This document shows positions 9,352-18,732 of a stretch of 64,000 nt of DNA, piece after piece. A program made the position numbers and the translations under genes. The stretch comes from Candidatus Rokuibacteriota bacterium (lineage in GTDB: Bacteria; Methylomirabilota; Methylomirabilia; Rokubacteriales; CSP1-6), in the NCBI GenBank assembly GCA_023249095.1, contig JAHFDK010000009.1, positions 1,595-65,594 of the forward strand, written 5' to 3'. A model generated the notes under the pieces. It worked only from the letters and a program-made list of their open reading frames with translations. It was not told the origin of the DNA and did no database searches. Every line of letters begins with the position of its first letter. Positions within the stretch are counted from its first letter, which is position 1.

Positions 9352-10204
9352 CTCCGATCGCCCTCGTGAGGGCGCGCTTGGTGAGCACTCCAGTCAGGTG
9401 GCGCCGGTAGTCGGCCGAGGCGTGGATGTCCGCATCTGGAGTCACGAGCTCGGTGGCCCGTCGGGCCGCGGCCTCGATCGCCGCCTCCCCCAGCCCCTCG
9501 CGCTCCAGAATCTGCTCGGCGGCGCGCAGCCTCACCGGCACGGGGCCGGCCCCGGCTGTGGCGAGCCTCGCCATCGTGCAGCGCGGGCCCTCGCGCACGA
9601 CCACCGCCGCGATGCCGATGATCGCGAAGTCGCCGTGACGGCGCGCGAACTCTTCGAGCGCGTACCCGGCGCCGGCCGGCATCACCGGTAGCCTCACCTC
9701 CGTGAGGATCTCGTCAGGAGCGAGGCTCGTGGTGAGGTACGTCTGGAACAGATCCCCGGCGCGGATCACGCGCTCGCCCCTGGCTCCGCGCGCCACCACT
9801 TCGCCCTCGAGCGCCGCGAGGACGGCCGGATACTCGGCCGAGGGGTCGGCGTGAGCGATCGAGCCGCCGATCGTGCCCCGCGTGCGGATCGGCAAGTGCC
9901 CGACCCAGTGCGTGGCTTCTTTCAGAAGCGGTAGGCGCTGGGCCACGACGGGCGAGAACTCGATCGTTCGCTGGCGCGTCATGGCGCCGAAGCGGATCTG
10001 GCCGTTGTGCTCGCGGATGTAGGCGAGCGAGCCGATCCGGTTCAGATCCACGAGCGCCGTCGGCCGGGCCAGGCGGAAGTTCAGCAGGGGCATGAGGCTC
10101 TGGCCGCCGGCCAGGACTTTGGCGTCGCCGCCGTAACGCCCGAGCGCCTCCAGCGCCTCCTCGAGGCTCTTCGGGGCGTGGTACTCGAATTTCGGCGGTT
10201 TCAT
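9338..10204 (-). CDS. FAD-binding medium subunit of Mo-hydroxylase (CoxM-like)
   Basis: 288 aa starting MKPPKFEYHAPKSLEEAL, with ..AGGQSL.. and ..GTIGGS.. motifs. It overlaps its neighbours, consistent with translational coupling. Confidence 0.9.
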   Translation of the reverse strand: MKPPKFEYHAPKSLEEALEALGRYGGDAKVLAGGQSLMPLLNFRLARPTALVDLNRIGSLAYIREHNGQIRFGAMTRQRTIEFSPVVAQRLPLLKEATHWVGHLPIRTRGTIGGSIAHADPSAEYPAVLAALEGEVVARGARGERVIRAGDLFQTYLTTSLAPDEILTEVRLPVMPAGAGYALEEFARRHGDFAIIGIAAVVVREGPRCTMARLATAGAGPVPVRLRAAEQILEREGLGEAAIEAAARRATELVTPDADIHASADYRRHLTGVLTKRALTRAIGVARG

Positions 10205-12795
10205 TGTAGCGATGTCCTCGAGGTCGGGTCGGACCGAGGGTGGCCTGAGAAAGAAGCGCGTGGCTCCGACACGCCCGCTCTGGGCCGAAGTGCTCGTGAC
10301 TCGCGTGGCTCCGACACGCCCCGTCTGGGCTGAAGCGCTCCTGAAGCGAGTGGCGCCGACACGCCGGTGGGGGTCCGTTGCGCCTGATCAATCGCCTTCC
10401 AGAGTTTCGAGGGGGTCATGGGCAGCTCGTTGATCCTGATCCCGAGCGGCGCCAGCGCGTCGCTGACGGCGTTCGCGATGACCGCCGGCACCGTCATCGA
10501 CGACGACTCGCCGAGCCCTTTCGAGCCGAGCGGCGTCAGCGGCGACGGCGATACCACATGCGCGATTTCGATTTGCGGCGCCTCACTCGCGGTCGGTACC
10601 AGGTAATCCATGAAGGTTCCCGTCAGCAGCTGTCCATTCTCGTCGTAGGCGAGCTCCTCGTACAGCGCACCCCCCAGACCGTGGAGCGCGCCGCCGTAGA
10701 TCTGCCCCTCGGCGATCATCGGGTTGATGATCGTGCCGGCGTCGTGCACGGTGACGTAGCGGAGGATCTTGATCGCGGCGGTCTCCGGATCAACCTCCAC
10801 CGCCATCACTTCCGCGATGAAGCCGTAGGTGTTGGACGAGTTCACCCGGTCTTCCGCGTCCACGGCTTTCGCGACGGTGAAGCCGAACACCGCCGTCGCC
10901 TGGAGCCCGGGCTCCATCCCCTCGGGCAGCGACTCCGTGTTCCAGTGGGCCCGGCCCGCCAGGTCCTTGATGGAGTACGACGGGCCCTTGCCGTCGCGGA
11001 GACGCACGGCGCCGTCCCGGAACTCGAGAGAGGGCGCCGGCAACTCCATCAGGTGCGCCGCGTAGTCCACGAGCTTCGCCGTGAGTTTGCGCGCGGCCAG
11101 GGCGACGGCGCTCGTCCCCACGGAGCCGAAGCGGCTCGAGTACGTTCCCGACGAGATGGACCACACGCGCGTGAAGGTGTCCATCTCGTCGACGACGGTG
11201 ACGTCCTGGGGCACGAGCCCGAGCTCGTCGGCGACGATTTGGGAGACGACGGTCTGATGGCCCTGGCCCTGGGGCGTCGTGCCGAGGATCGCGATGACGC
11301 GGCCGAGCGGGTCGATCTTGATCGTCGCCGAATCCACGGCGCCCGACTTCGCCAGGTACTCGGGCTTCGCGCGGAACTGCGGGTCGAGCGCCGTGGCCAC
11401 GTAGCCCATGTTGGATACCGACGGGTCGACGGCGAGCGCAAGCCCGATCCCGACGTAGCGCCCCGCGGCCCGCGCCGTCGCCTGCTCGCGCCGCAGCTCG
11501 TCGTAGCCCGCGAGCTCGAGCGCGCGATCGAAGGCGGCCGGATAGTCCCCGCTGTCGTAGAGCCCGCCGCTCGGCGTGCGGTACGGAAACTGATCGGGCT
11601 GGATGAGGTTCTTCCGCCGCACCTCGACCGGATCGAGGCCGAGTCGGTCGGCGAGCCGGTCCATCATGCCTTCGGTCTCGAAGTAGAGGTGGCCGCACGC
11701 GTAACCGCGATTGGGCCCGGTGAGGCTCTTGTTGGTCATGACCACAGAGGCATCAACTTCGAGATGCTGGAAGCGATATGGACCAACAAAATTTCCGGTG
11801 GGACGAAAGCTACAACCCGGTTCCGGGCTGCGGATGTAGCCGCCTACATTATCAAGCCACTTGAACCGCATGCCGAGGATCGTCCCGTCTTGCCGCGCCG
11901 CCACTTCACGATACGCGACGCGATCCGTCCCGCTCGACGACGCCAGTAAGTGCTCTCTCCGGTCCTCGATCCACTTGACCGGGACCCCCAGCCGCTTCGC
12001 GGCGAGCGCGATCAGCGCGATGTACGGGTAGATCGACGACTTGATGCCGAAGGACCCCCCGATGTCGGCGGGCACGATGAAGCGCAGCCTGTTCTCCGGC
12101 AGGCCGAGAACGCGCGCCGTCAGCGGGTGCATGATGAACGGGCCCATGAAGTTCGACCACACGGTGCACACGCCATCGAGCAGGTCCCACCGGGCGATGA
12201 CGCCGTACGTCTCGATCGGCGTCGATGCGTACTTCGGAAAGGTGAAGCGCTCGTTGACGACGACGTCGGCGTCGCGAAACGCCCGATCGGGGTCGCCATA
12301 GACCAGCCGGCGGTTCCCGGCCAGGTTCGACCCGACGGCCTCGTGGAGCACCGGCGCGTCGGCATCGAGGGCGCGCTCGGGATCGACGACGACCGGGAGA
12401 GGCTCGTAGTCCACCTGGACGAGATCGGCGGCATCCTCGGCGATGTAGCGATTTTTCGCCACGACGACGGCCACCGGCTCTCCCACGAACCGGACCCGAT
12501 CGGTCGCCGCGCAGTAATAGTGAATCGGCGCCGTGACGCCGACCGAGAAGGGCTTGGTGTGCCGGGCGACATCCTCGCCCGTGATCGCGCCGACGACGCC
12601 GGGAAGGGCCAGCGCCGCCGAGAGCTCGTACCCGCGGATCTTCGCGTGGGCCAGCGGCGAGCGGACGATCGCCGCGTGGCACGCGTTCGCGACCGGAGGA
12701 TGATCGTCGATGAAGGTTCCGCGACCGGTCAAGAGCCGCGCGTCCTCGACGCGCTTGACCGACTTGCCGATCCAGCCGAGACCCGTTCCCTCCAC
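10201..12795 (-). CDS. Second xanthine dehydrogenase family molybdopterin-binding large subunit, with repeat-containing C-terminal tail
   Basis: 864 aa starting GKSVKRVEDARLLTGRGTFIDD and homologous in layout to Mo-hydroxylase large subunits. The last 55 aa or so are three 15-aa repeats that are not part of the conserved fold. Confidence 0.85.
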   Translation of the reverse strand: MEGTGLGWIGKSVKRVEDARLLTGRGTFIDDHPPVANACHAAIVRSPLAHAKIRGYELSAALALPGVVGAITGEDVARHTKPFSVGVTAPIHYYCAATDRVRFVGEPVAVVVAKNRYIAEDAADLVQVDYEPLPVVVDPERALDADAPVLHEAVGSNLAGNRRLVYGDPDRAFRDADVVVNERFTFPKYASTPIETYGVIARWDLLDGVCTVWSNFMGPFIMHPLTARVLGLPENRLRFIVPADIGGSFGIKSSIYPYIALIALAAKRLGVPVKWIEDRREHLLASSSGTDRVAYREVAARQDGTILGMRFKWLDNVGGYIRSPEPGCSFRPTGNFVGPYRFQHLEVDASVVMTNKSLTGPNRGYACGHLYFETEGMMDRLADRLGLDPVEVRRKNLIQPDQFPYRTPSGGLYDSGDYPAAFDRALELAGYDELRREQATARAAGRYVGIGLALAVDPSVSNMGYVATALDPQFRAKPEYLAKSGAVDSATIKIDPLGRVIAILGTTPQGQGHQTVVSQIVADELGLVPQDVTVVDEMDTFTRVWSISSGTYSSRFGSVGTSAVALAARKLTAKLVDYAAHLMELPAPSLEFRDGAVRLRDGKGPSYSIKDLAGRAHWNTESLPEGMEPGLQATAVFGFTVAKAVDAEDRVNSSNTYGFIAEVMAVEVDPETAAIKILRYVTVHDAGTIINPMIAEGQIYGGALHGLGGALYEELAYDENGQLLTGTFMDYLVPTASEAPQIEIAHVVSPSPLTPLGSKGLGESSSMTVPAVIANAVSDALAPLGIRINELPMTPSKLWKAIDQAQRTPTGVSAPLASGALQPRRGVSEPRESRALRPRAGVSEPRASFSGHPRSDPTSRTSLQ
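10257..10372. repeat. About 2.6 copies of a 45-bp direct tandem repeat
   Basis: cgcgtggctccgacacgccc(g/c)... recurs at 10257, 10302 and, degenerate, at 10347. The period is 45 bp and in frame, giving GVSEPR.S.AL.PR. repeats in the large-subunit tail. Confidence 0.6.
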
Positions 12796-12808
12796 GTGGC
12801 CGGGCCCA

Positions 12809-13894
12809 CTACCCGCCGGCCAGGACGAACGGCACGCCGGCGTTTTTCGCCACCGCCTGCAGCGGCTCCATCAGATCGTCGGGAATCGGCACGCCGCTCT
12901 CGAGCCGTTCCCGCTTCGTCGCTCGTTCCGGGTCACCGGCGACCATCACGGGCTGGTTCGCGTCGACGCGCTTGGCGTTGTGGAGAACGTCGATCACCTG
13001 GTCGAGGTCTGCCTCGAACTCGCCGTCCGCACGGAAGGCGCGCGGGTCGATCGCCATGAAGAAGTGGCCGATGTTGTGCGGGTCGGACTTCTTTTGCGTC
13101 TGGTTGCGGATCGGCGAGAACGAGGCCCCGGCGAGCGTGCCGGCGAGGACGTGCACCATCACCGCAAGCCCGTAGCCCTTGTGACTCCCCGCCTCGCGCG
13201 AGCCGCCGAGCGGTGTAATGCCGCCGTCGCGATCGGTCACGTGCTGGAACCCTTTCGCCGAGTCCGTCACGGTCTTGCCATCGCCATCGACGACCCAGCC
13301 CGACGGGAGCGGTTTGTGGTTCAGCTTGTACACCCGAACCTTGCCGGCGGCGACGGTCGTGGTCGCCATGTCCAGCTCGAACGGCGCATTGCGCTTCGCC
13401 GGGGCCGCGAACGCGAGCGGATTCGTGCCCATGACCGGCTCCGCTCCGAAGGTCGGCACCATGGTGACGCCGCGGGTGGCCGAGGTCACCATGCCGATCA
13501 CGCCGCGGTCAGCCGCGATCCTCGAATAACAGCCCGCGGCGCCGAAGTGGTGCGAGTTGAAGACCGCGACGACGCCGACACCGGCCGCCAAGCACTTGTC
13601 GACCGCCAGATTCATCCCGAACGCCGCGGCCGGATGACCGAGCGATGCGTCGGCGTCGATGAGCGCGGTCGCCGCGTTCTCGCGCACCGTGCGGAACACC
13701 GGTCGCATGTTGAGACGGCCGGCGCGGAACTCCTGGTCGTAGGTGGGGAGCATCCCGATGCCGTGCGAGTCGACGCCTCGCAAGTCGGTCTCGACCATCA
13801 TGTCCGCCGTGGTCTCGGCATGGGCGGGGGACATGCCCCAGGCCAGGAACACGGACACGAGCTGGCGGCGAATCTTCGGCGCGGGCACTCGCAT
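12809..13894 (-). CDS. Ldh_2 family oxidoreductase (malate/L-lactate/sulfolactate dehydrogenase type 2)
   Basis: 361 aa with ...TDLRGVDSHGIGMLPTY... and ...SHKGYGLA... motifs characteristic of the Ldh_2 family. Confidence 0.8.
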   Translation of the reverse strand: MRVPAPKIRRQLVSVFLAWGMSPAHAETTADMMVETDLRGVDSHGIGMLPTYDQEFRAGRLNMRPVFRTVRENAATALIDADASLGHPAAAFGMNLAVDKCLAAGVGVVAVFNSHHFGAAGCYSRIAADRGVIGMVTSATRGVTMVPTFGAEPVMGTNPLAFAAPAKRNAPFELDMATTTVAAGKVRVYKLNHKPLPSGWVVDGDGKTVTDSAKGFQHVTDRDGGITPLGGSREAGSHKGYGLAVMVHVLAGTLAGASFSPIRNQTQKKSDPHNIGHFFMAIDPRAFRADGEFEADLDQVIDVLHNAKRVDANQPVMVAGDPERATKRERLESGVPIPDDLMEPLQAVAKNAGVPFVLAGG

Positions 13895-13922
13895 GGTCGC
13901 GTCTCCGAATGGTCGGTGAACG

Positions 13923-14672
13923 TCAGCCGCGGCCGACGAACGGCATCTTGTTCGCCATGACCGTCATGAACAGGACGTTCGCATCGAGCGGCATCCGGGC
14001 CATGCAGAGCACGGCGTTCGCGACGTTCTCCACGTCCATCGTCGGCTCGATCGTGACGGTGCCGTTCGGCTGCGGAACGCCCCTGGCCATCCGCTCGGTC
14101 ATCGGGGTCGCAGCGTTGCCGATGTCGATCTGGCCGCAGGCGATGTCGTACTTCCGCCCGTCCAGGGACGTCGCCTTGGTGAGCCCGGTGATCGCGTGCT
14201 TGGTCGACGTGTACGGCGCCGAGTTGGGCCGCGGCGTGTGGGCCGAGATGGAGCCGTTGTTGATGATCCGCCCGCCTCGCGGGTCCTGGCTCTTCATGAT
14301 CTTGAAGGCTTCCTGCGTGCACAGGAACGAGCCCGTGAGGTTGGTATCGACCACTGCCTTCCATTGCTCGACGGTCAGATCCTCGAGCAGTCCGGCCGCG
14401 CCGATCCCGGCGTTGTTGAACAGGAGATCCAAGCGCCCGAACGCGCTCTTGGTCTGCGCGAAAAGCGCGCGGATGGCCTCGGGATCGCGCACGTCGGTGG
14501 GAACGACCAGCGCCTGGGAGCGCGCCGGGCCCGCCTCGCCCGCCACCTGCTCGAGGGCATCCTTGCGCCGGCCGGCGAGCGCGACATGGTACCCCTCTCT
14601 CAGCAGCACGAGCCCGACTGCCCTGCCGACCCCGCTCCCGGCGCCCGTCACGATCGCAACTTTCTTATCCAT
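13923..14672 (-). CDS. SDR family oxidoreductase
   Basis: 249 aa with [12 protein letters not shown] and YTSTK motifs. Confidence 0.85.
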   Translation of the reverse strand: MDKKVAIVTGAGSGVGRAVGLVLLREGYHVALAGRRKDALEQVAGEAGPARSQALVVPTDVRDPEAIRALFAQTKSAFGRLDLLFNNAGIGAAGLLEDLTVEQWKAVVDTNLTGSFLCTQEAFKIMKSQDPRGGRIINNGSISAHTPRPNSAPYTSTKHAITGLTKATSLDGRKYDIACGQIDIGNAATPMTERMARGVPQPNGTVTIEPTMDVENVANAVLCMARMPLDANVLFMTVMANKMPFVGRG

Positions 14673-14880
14673 GTCCGTCTCCTGATGGCCGTGGTGTACG
14701 TCGCCGACAGCCTACCACCGATGCGGCGCGTTCTGGAGACGGGGGCTACTTCCCCCCCCTCGACCGCTCCGGGCGGAGCAGGCCTCGCCGCCCGAGGACG
14801 GCGGCGCGCCAAATCGGGTCGACTCCCCGCGTGGTCCGCGGCATTATGTGGCGGCGCCTCGAGGCGCCCGGGAGGAGTGT

Positions 14881-15726
14881 ATGGGCAGGATCGTGTACGC
14901 GGCGGCAATGTCGCACGTGCTCTACCCCAACTACTACGGCCAGAACGTCGGACCGCACGGCCGGCGGATGGTGGAGGCGCTCATCGACGTGGTGCGCGAC
15001 ATGGGACGCACGCTCACCGCCGCCGCGCCCGACGCGCTGGTCGTGGTCGCCGACGATCATCTCAACGTCTTCTCGTTCGACGCGGTGCCCGCCCTCTGCG
15101 TCCGCGTCGGGCGGTCCGTGAACCGCATGGTCCAGGACGGCGCCATCGAGTTCGACAGGGCGCTCGAGGGTCTACCCGAGCGCTATCCCGTCCACGAGGA
15201 CCTGGCGAACAGCATCCTGGAACGAGGGCTACAGGCCGGGTTCGACTTCGCGGCCTCGTGGTCGGCCCCGCTCGATCACGCGTTCCTGAGCCCGGTCTCG
15301 ACCCTCTATGGCGCGACGCCGGTGCCGCCGCTCGTGCCCTTCTGGGTCAACTGCTTCGTGGCCCCGCAACCGACGGCTCAGCGCTGCTTCGCGGTCGGGC
15401 GCCACATCGCGCGCGTGGCGGCCGAAGGTCCGTGGAACGTCGCCGTCATCGCCACCGGCGGGCTCAGTCACTTTCCGGAGCTGTCGCTGGCCCGCGTGGG
15501 TCAGTCGGACGTCGCGTTCGACCGCCGCGTGGTGAAGTGGATGGAGGCGGGGAACTACGAGCCCATGACCGCGCTCACGGCCAAGGAGCTGCACGAGAGC
15601 GGCTCGCACGAGCTGCTCAACTGGCTGGTGCTCCTGGGCGCGGTGAGCCCCGCGCGCGCCCGCGTCCGCTTCTTCGGGGAGATGGGGCGGATCGATCTCG
15701 CGGCCCTCGAGTGGGACGTGGCATGA
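14881..15726 (+). CDS. Class III extradiol ring-cleavage dioxygenase, LigB-like catalytic subunit
   Basis: ATG at 14881 preceded by ggaggag. The protein reads MGRIVYAAAMSHV...VVVADDHLN...GGLSHFPE, resembling LigB/PCA 4,5-dioxygenase beta-type proteins. Confidence 0.7.
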   Translation: MGRIVYAAAMSHVLYPNYYGQNVGPHGRRMVEALIDVVRDMGRTLTAAAPDALVVVADDHLNVFSFDAVPALCVRVGRSVNRMVQDGAIEFDRALEGLPERYPVHEDLANSILERGLQAGFDFAASWSAPLDHAFLSPVSTLYGATPVPPLVPFWVNCFVAPQPTAQRCFAVGRHIARVAAEGPWNVAVIATGGLSHFPELSLARVGQSDVAFDRRVVKWMEAGNYEPMTALTAKELHESGSHELLNWLVLLGAVSPARARVRFFGEMGRIDLAALEWDVA

Positions 15727-15938
15727 GCCGCTACGAGACGAACGTCGTTCTGTATCGGCTGAAGAAGGATTCGGCCTTCCGCGACCGTTTCCGCGCCGAC
15801 CCCGGGTCGGCTCTCGCCGACGCCGACCTCACCGACGAGGAGCGCGAGGCGTTCGTGCGCTGGGACACCCGCAAGCTGAACGACCTCGGCGGCTCGCTCC
15901 ACCTCCTGATCTCGATTCCCGGCCTCGGTGGCCACTGA
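15723..15938 (+). CDS. Small LigA-like (dioxygenase alpha subunit-like) protein
   Basis: 71 aa reading MSRYETNVVLYRLKKDSAFRDRFRADPGSALADADLTDEEREAF. It has an ATGA overlap with the upstream LigB-like gene. It is the last 71 codons of the 580-aa track ORF. Confidence 0.6.
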   Translation: MSRYETNVVLYRLKKDSAFRDRFRADPGSALADADLTDEEREAFVRWDTRKLNDLGGSLHLLISIPGLGGH

Positions 15939-16035
15939 GGAAGGGCCGGAACCTGCGACGCGGCGGCGGGATTCCCTTCGCCAGTGATCCTCGCGAACAC
16001 CTGTTCGTAGCTGTTGATGCAGGGCGATGAGGCCA

Positions 16036-16761
16036 TTACCGTGACGCTCGCGGTGTCGTCGTCGGCTCGATACCCTGCTCGGCCAGCCACTCGCGCGCCA
16101 CCGCACGCAGCCGCTCGTCCCGGACCGCGAACCAGCGCTCGCGCTCGGCGGGGAAATCGAGCAGGACGTTCTTGAACCGGCGGAAGGCGCCACGGCCGTC
16201 GAGAGCAACCTCCAGGCGGTCGCGAAGCCGCGCATCGCCCACCGTCCCGGTGAACTCTTCCATCCACCCGTACTCGACCCTCGAGCCCAGTGGCTCGACG
16301 TGGATCAGACGTCCCGCGTCCAGCCCGGCGTCGATCTCGTCTTCCGAGAGCCCGTCGTCGTCATCGTTCAGGCGGTCCATGGGAACCATCCGGACCACGC
16401 CGGTTTTCAGGTCGAGGTAGCAGGTCCACTCGCCGGGATTTGAGGTCAGCGCCATCTCGAGGTCATCCCAATTCACCGGGACTCGCTTCGCCGAGCCTGC
16501 GGGTCGAGGTTCGTCCTGGCCCAGCCGCTCCAGAATCCTCTCCCGCTCGGCCGCCTCGAACTCGTGGCCGTAGAAGCGCAGGAACAGGGCGCGGCGCACT
16601 GCGGCCGGCGACGCGTGCGGGTCCTGCGCCAGTACCGACGCGCGCAGCAGGCTCCGCGTCGTCGCGCCCATCGAGCAGCCCATCTTCAGACGCTCCTCGG
16701 GCGAGCGCGCGAGCAGCATCGCCCGGTAGCGGTGCATGACCTCGGGCGAGGTGTCAGCCAC
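16036..16761 (-). CDS. UPF0158-like protein with extra N-terminal helical domain
   Basis: 241 aa. The C-terminal half (VPVNWDDLEMAL...CYLDLKTGVV...GAFRRFKNVL...RWFAVRDERLRAVAREWL) matches my recollection of the UPF0158 pattern. Confidence 0.55.
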   Translation of the reverse strand: MADTSPEVMHRYRAMLLARSPEERLKMGCSMGATTRSLLRASVLAQDPHASPAAVRRALFLRFYGHEFEAAERERILERLGQDEPRPAGSAKRVPVNWDDLEMALTSNPGEWTCYLDLKTGVVRMVPMDRLNDDDDGLSEDEIDAGLDAGRLIHVEPLGSRVEYGWMEEFTGTVGDARLRDRLEVALDGRGAFRRFKNVLLDFPAERERWFAVRDERLRAVAREWLAEQGIEPTTTPRASR

Positions 16762-17302
16762 CGAGCGCCCCCCGATAGAGCGCGCCGAGCCCGAGGCGCT
16801 CGGTCCAATGCGCCAGATAGTGCTTGTCGAGGTCGGGCACCGACCTCAGGAGGTTGCGCACGTCGGCGAGCTGGACTTCCGAGCGCGTCTCCCTCATCCA
16901 GTCGAGCTTGGAGATGATCAGGTCCTCGGGCGCGACCAGGACGAGATCGTGGCCTTCAATCGGGCCGCGTCGCTGGCGCGCGAACTCCGTCCGGCGGTAC
17001 TCGCTGTCCTTGCGGACGATGCAGTCCACCTTGACCACGTGGGCCAGGTGGATCAGGTTGAACGCGCCCCGGCCGGCGATGGCAACGCGCACCGCGTCCC
17101 GGTCGAGATAAAAGTCGCCCTCGAACAGGGCGCAGAACCGGTCAGCGTCCCCGGCCGATAGCTCCACGACGAGGTCGATGTCGCGCGTCATGCGTGGCAC
17201 CGCGTAGTAGTTGGCTGCGAACGATCCGGTCACCATATACGCGATCCCGGCAGCCTCGAGCCGCCTAGTGACCATCGTGAGAACCTCCAGCTCTTCGGTC
17301 AC
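16754..17302 (-). CDS. Nucleotidyltransferase-fold protein (minimal NTase-like)
   Basis: ...AGIAYMVTGSFAANYYAVPRMTRDIDLVV... fits the GS-x(n)-DxD NTase motif. The start is either GTG 17302 or ATG 17275. It overlaps the downstream gene by 8 nt. Confidence 0.5.
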   Translation of the reverse strand: MTEELEVLTMVTRRLEAAGIAYMVTGSFAANYYAVPRMTRDIDLVVELSAGDADRFCALFEGDFYLDRDAVRVAIAGRGAFNLIHLAHVVKVDCIVRKDSEYRRTEFARQRRGPIEGHDLVLVAPEDLIISKLDWMRETRSEVQLADVRNLLRSVPDLDKHYLAHWTERLGLGALYRGALGG

Positions 17303-18732
17303 GCCTGGCCCCCAGCCTCCCACCGGCCTCTGACAGGGCAGGTCACAGCAGGCGCCATCCTCAACCGGGCCGCTCCAGCCCAAGCTCCCCCCACATCCAG
17401 CCGAAGTCGTAGGCAGGGCGGCCCTCGAGACGCTCGCGGGCCGAGAGATTCTCCATGTCCTTGAGGAGCGCGATCACCTTGGGGCGCGCGGACTTGAGGT
17501 CCTACGGCCTCGCGCGGCGTACGGCCGGCGAGGGCGGGCAGCGGCTCGTCAAGCCAGCCCCGGTAGTGGCCCTCGTGGAAGGCCTGCACAATCTCGGCGG
17601 CGGCTTCCGGCGGTACTTCGTCGTCGGGCCGCGCCCGCCGAGCGGGACGGCGCTCGAGCGCCCGCTGAACGCTCTCGTGGCTCGTGGCCCGGTACGCGAC
17701 CGCGGGGCCGGCTGCCCCTTCGAGCAGCGCGCGCCCGCGCTCGGCGCGCTGGCGCGACATGGTCTCCAGCACGACGCGCCCCTTCTCGAGCACGAACATG
17801 CCGAAGCCGCGGCGGAAGCCGACCTCGTCGGCGCTATCCGCGAGCCAGGCGTAGCTGCCGTCGTCCTCGCGCTCCAGCTCGGGGTGATTCGCGAGCGCCG
17901 CCTCCAGCGCCGAGCGGTCGCACACGTCGAAGACGGCTCGGCACAGCACCACCTCGTCGCCCTCGGCGGTCACCGAGGTCGGCATGGGCCGCCGGGCGAC
18001 CAGCTCGAGCCAGAGGTCGTGGAACGCCATGCCGATGCTCTTGAAGAACGTCGCCTCGTCGCGGCGGGGCAGCTTGCCGCGCAGCGACCGGCTGAGCCGC
18101 CGCAGGACGCGGAGGATCGGCTCCTTCGCGCTCGTCGGGTAGAGGTAGGGCGAGCCGTCGAGGATCGGCTCGCCGTCGGGCCCGAGGATGACGCGCGCAG
18201 CGAGGACGTCCCACTCGACGAGCTGGCGCGTGGCGAGACGCTCGCGCACCCGGACGCGCTTGTTCGCCCAGAGGTCGAGGAGTTCGAGCCCCTCGTCGAG
18301 CCGCACGGCCTGGATCTCGTAGGGTCGGAGGTGTGAGAGGCGCATCCGCTCGAGGTAGCGCCGCTCGCCCGACCGGAGGCCGCCGCCTTCGCGCGCGAGA
18401 AACCGCTCGACGATGGTCCCGCCGCCGTGGAGCGGGCAGTCGAAGACGAGCCACTCGTGGAAGCCGAACCGGCTCTGCTCGAAGTCCATCGCCTCGCGCG
18501 CCTCCGCCGGCGTCAGCCGCTCGAGGCGCTTGCCCCAGAACGTGAGCTCCGCAGCGGCGCGGTCCCCGTCGAGCTCGGCGCGCCGGGCGAACCGCATCAG
18601 ACGCGCGAGCGCGCTGTCGCGCTCCCCCGCCGTCCACGCGCCCGGCGCCGGCGCCTCCTTTTGCAGGCAGCACCGCTTGTACTTCTTGCCGCTACCGCAG
18701 GGACACGGGTCGTTCCGCCCGATGGCGCTCAT
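17299..18732 (-). CDS. SEC-C motif protein, apparently frameshifted near its 3' end
   Basis: ATG at 18732 gives MSAIGRNDPCPCGSGKKYKRCC (SEC-C metal-binding motif). Downstream of about 17505 a much more protein-like C-terminus (DLKSARPKVIALLKDMENLSARERLEGRPAYDFGWMWGELGLERPG*) lies in a different frame and ends at 17361. Confidence 0.6.
   Translation of the reverse strand: MSAIGRNDPCPCGSGKKYKRCCLQKEAPAPGAWTAGERDSALARLMRFARRAELDGDRAAAELTFWGKRLERLTPAEAREAMDFEQSRFGFHEWLVFDCPLHGGGTIVERFLAREGGGLRSGERRYLERMRLSHLRPYEIQAVRLDEGLELLDLWANKRVRVRERLATRQLVEWDVLAARVILGPDGEPILDGSPYLYPTSAKEPILRVLRRLSRSLRGKLPRRDEATFFKSIGMAFHDLWLELVARRPMPTSVTAEGDEVVLCRAVFDVCDRSALEAALANHPELEREDDGSYAWLADSADEVGFRRGFGMFVLEKGRVVLETMSRQRAERGRALLEGAAGPAVAYRATSHESVQRALERRPARRARPDDEVPPEAAAEIVQAFHEGHYRGWLDEPLPALAGRTPREAVGPQVRAPQGDRAPQGHGESLGPRASRGPPCLRLRLDVGGAWAGAARLRMAPAVTCPVRGRWEAGGQA

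Noticed and set aside
10257-10372. Possibility that the 45-bp repeats are a CRISPR array
   Set aside because: The repeats are directly adjacent with no spacers, number only about 2.6 copies, lie in frame within a coding region and have no cas genes nearby.
6424-12795. Calling the cluster an aerobic CO dehydrogenase (coxMSL)
   Set aside because: I cannot find the form-I active-site signature AYRCSFR in either large subunit, and the gene order is L-M-S-L. Only the generic xanthine dehydrogenase family assignment is supported.
14196-15938. 580-aa plus-strand ORF spanning the SDR/LigB region
   Set aside because: Only the final 71 codons (from ATG 15723) form a plausible LigA-like protein. The rest overlaps the SDR gene in antisense and the LigB-like gene out of frame.
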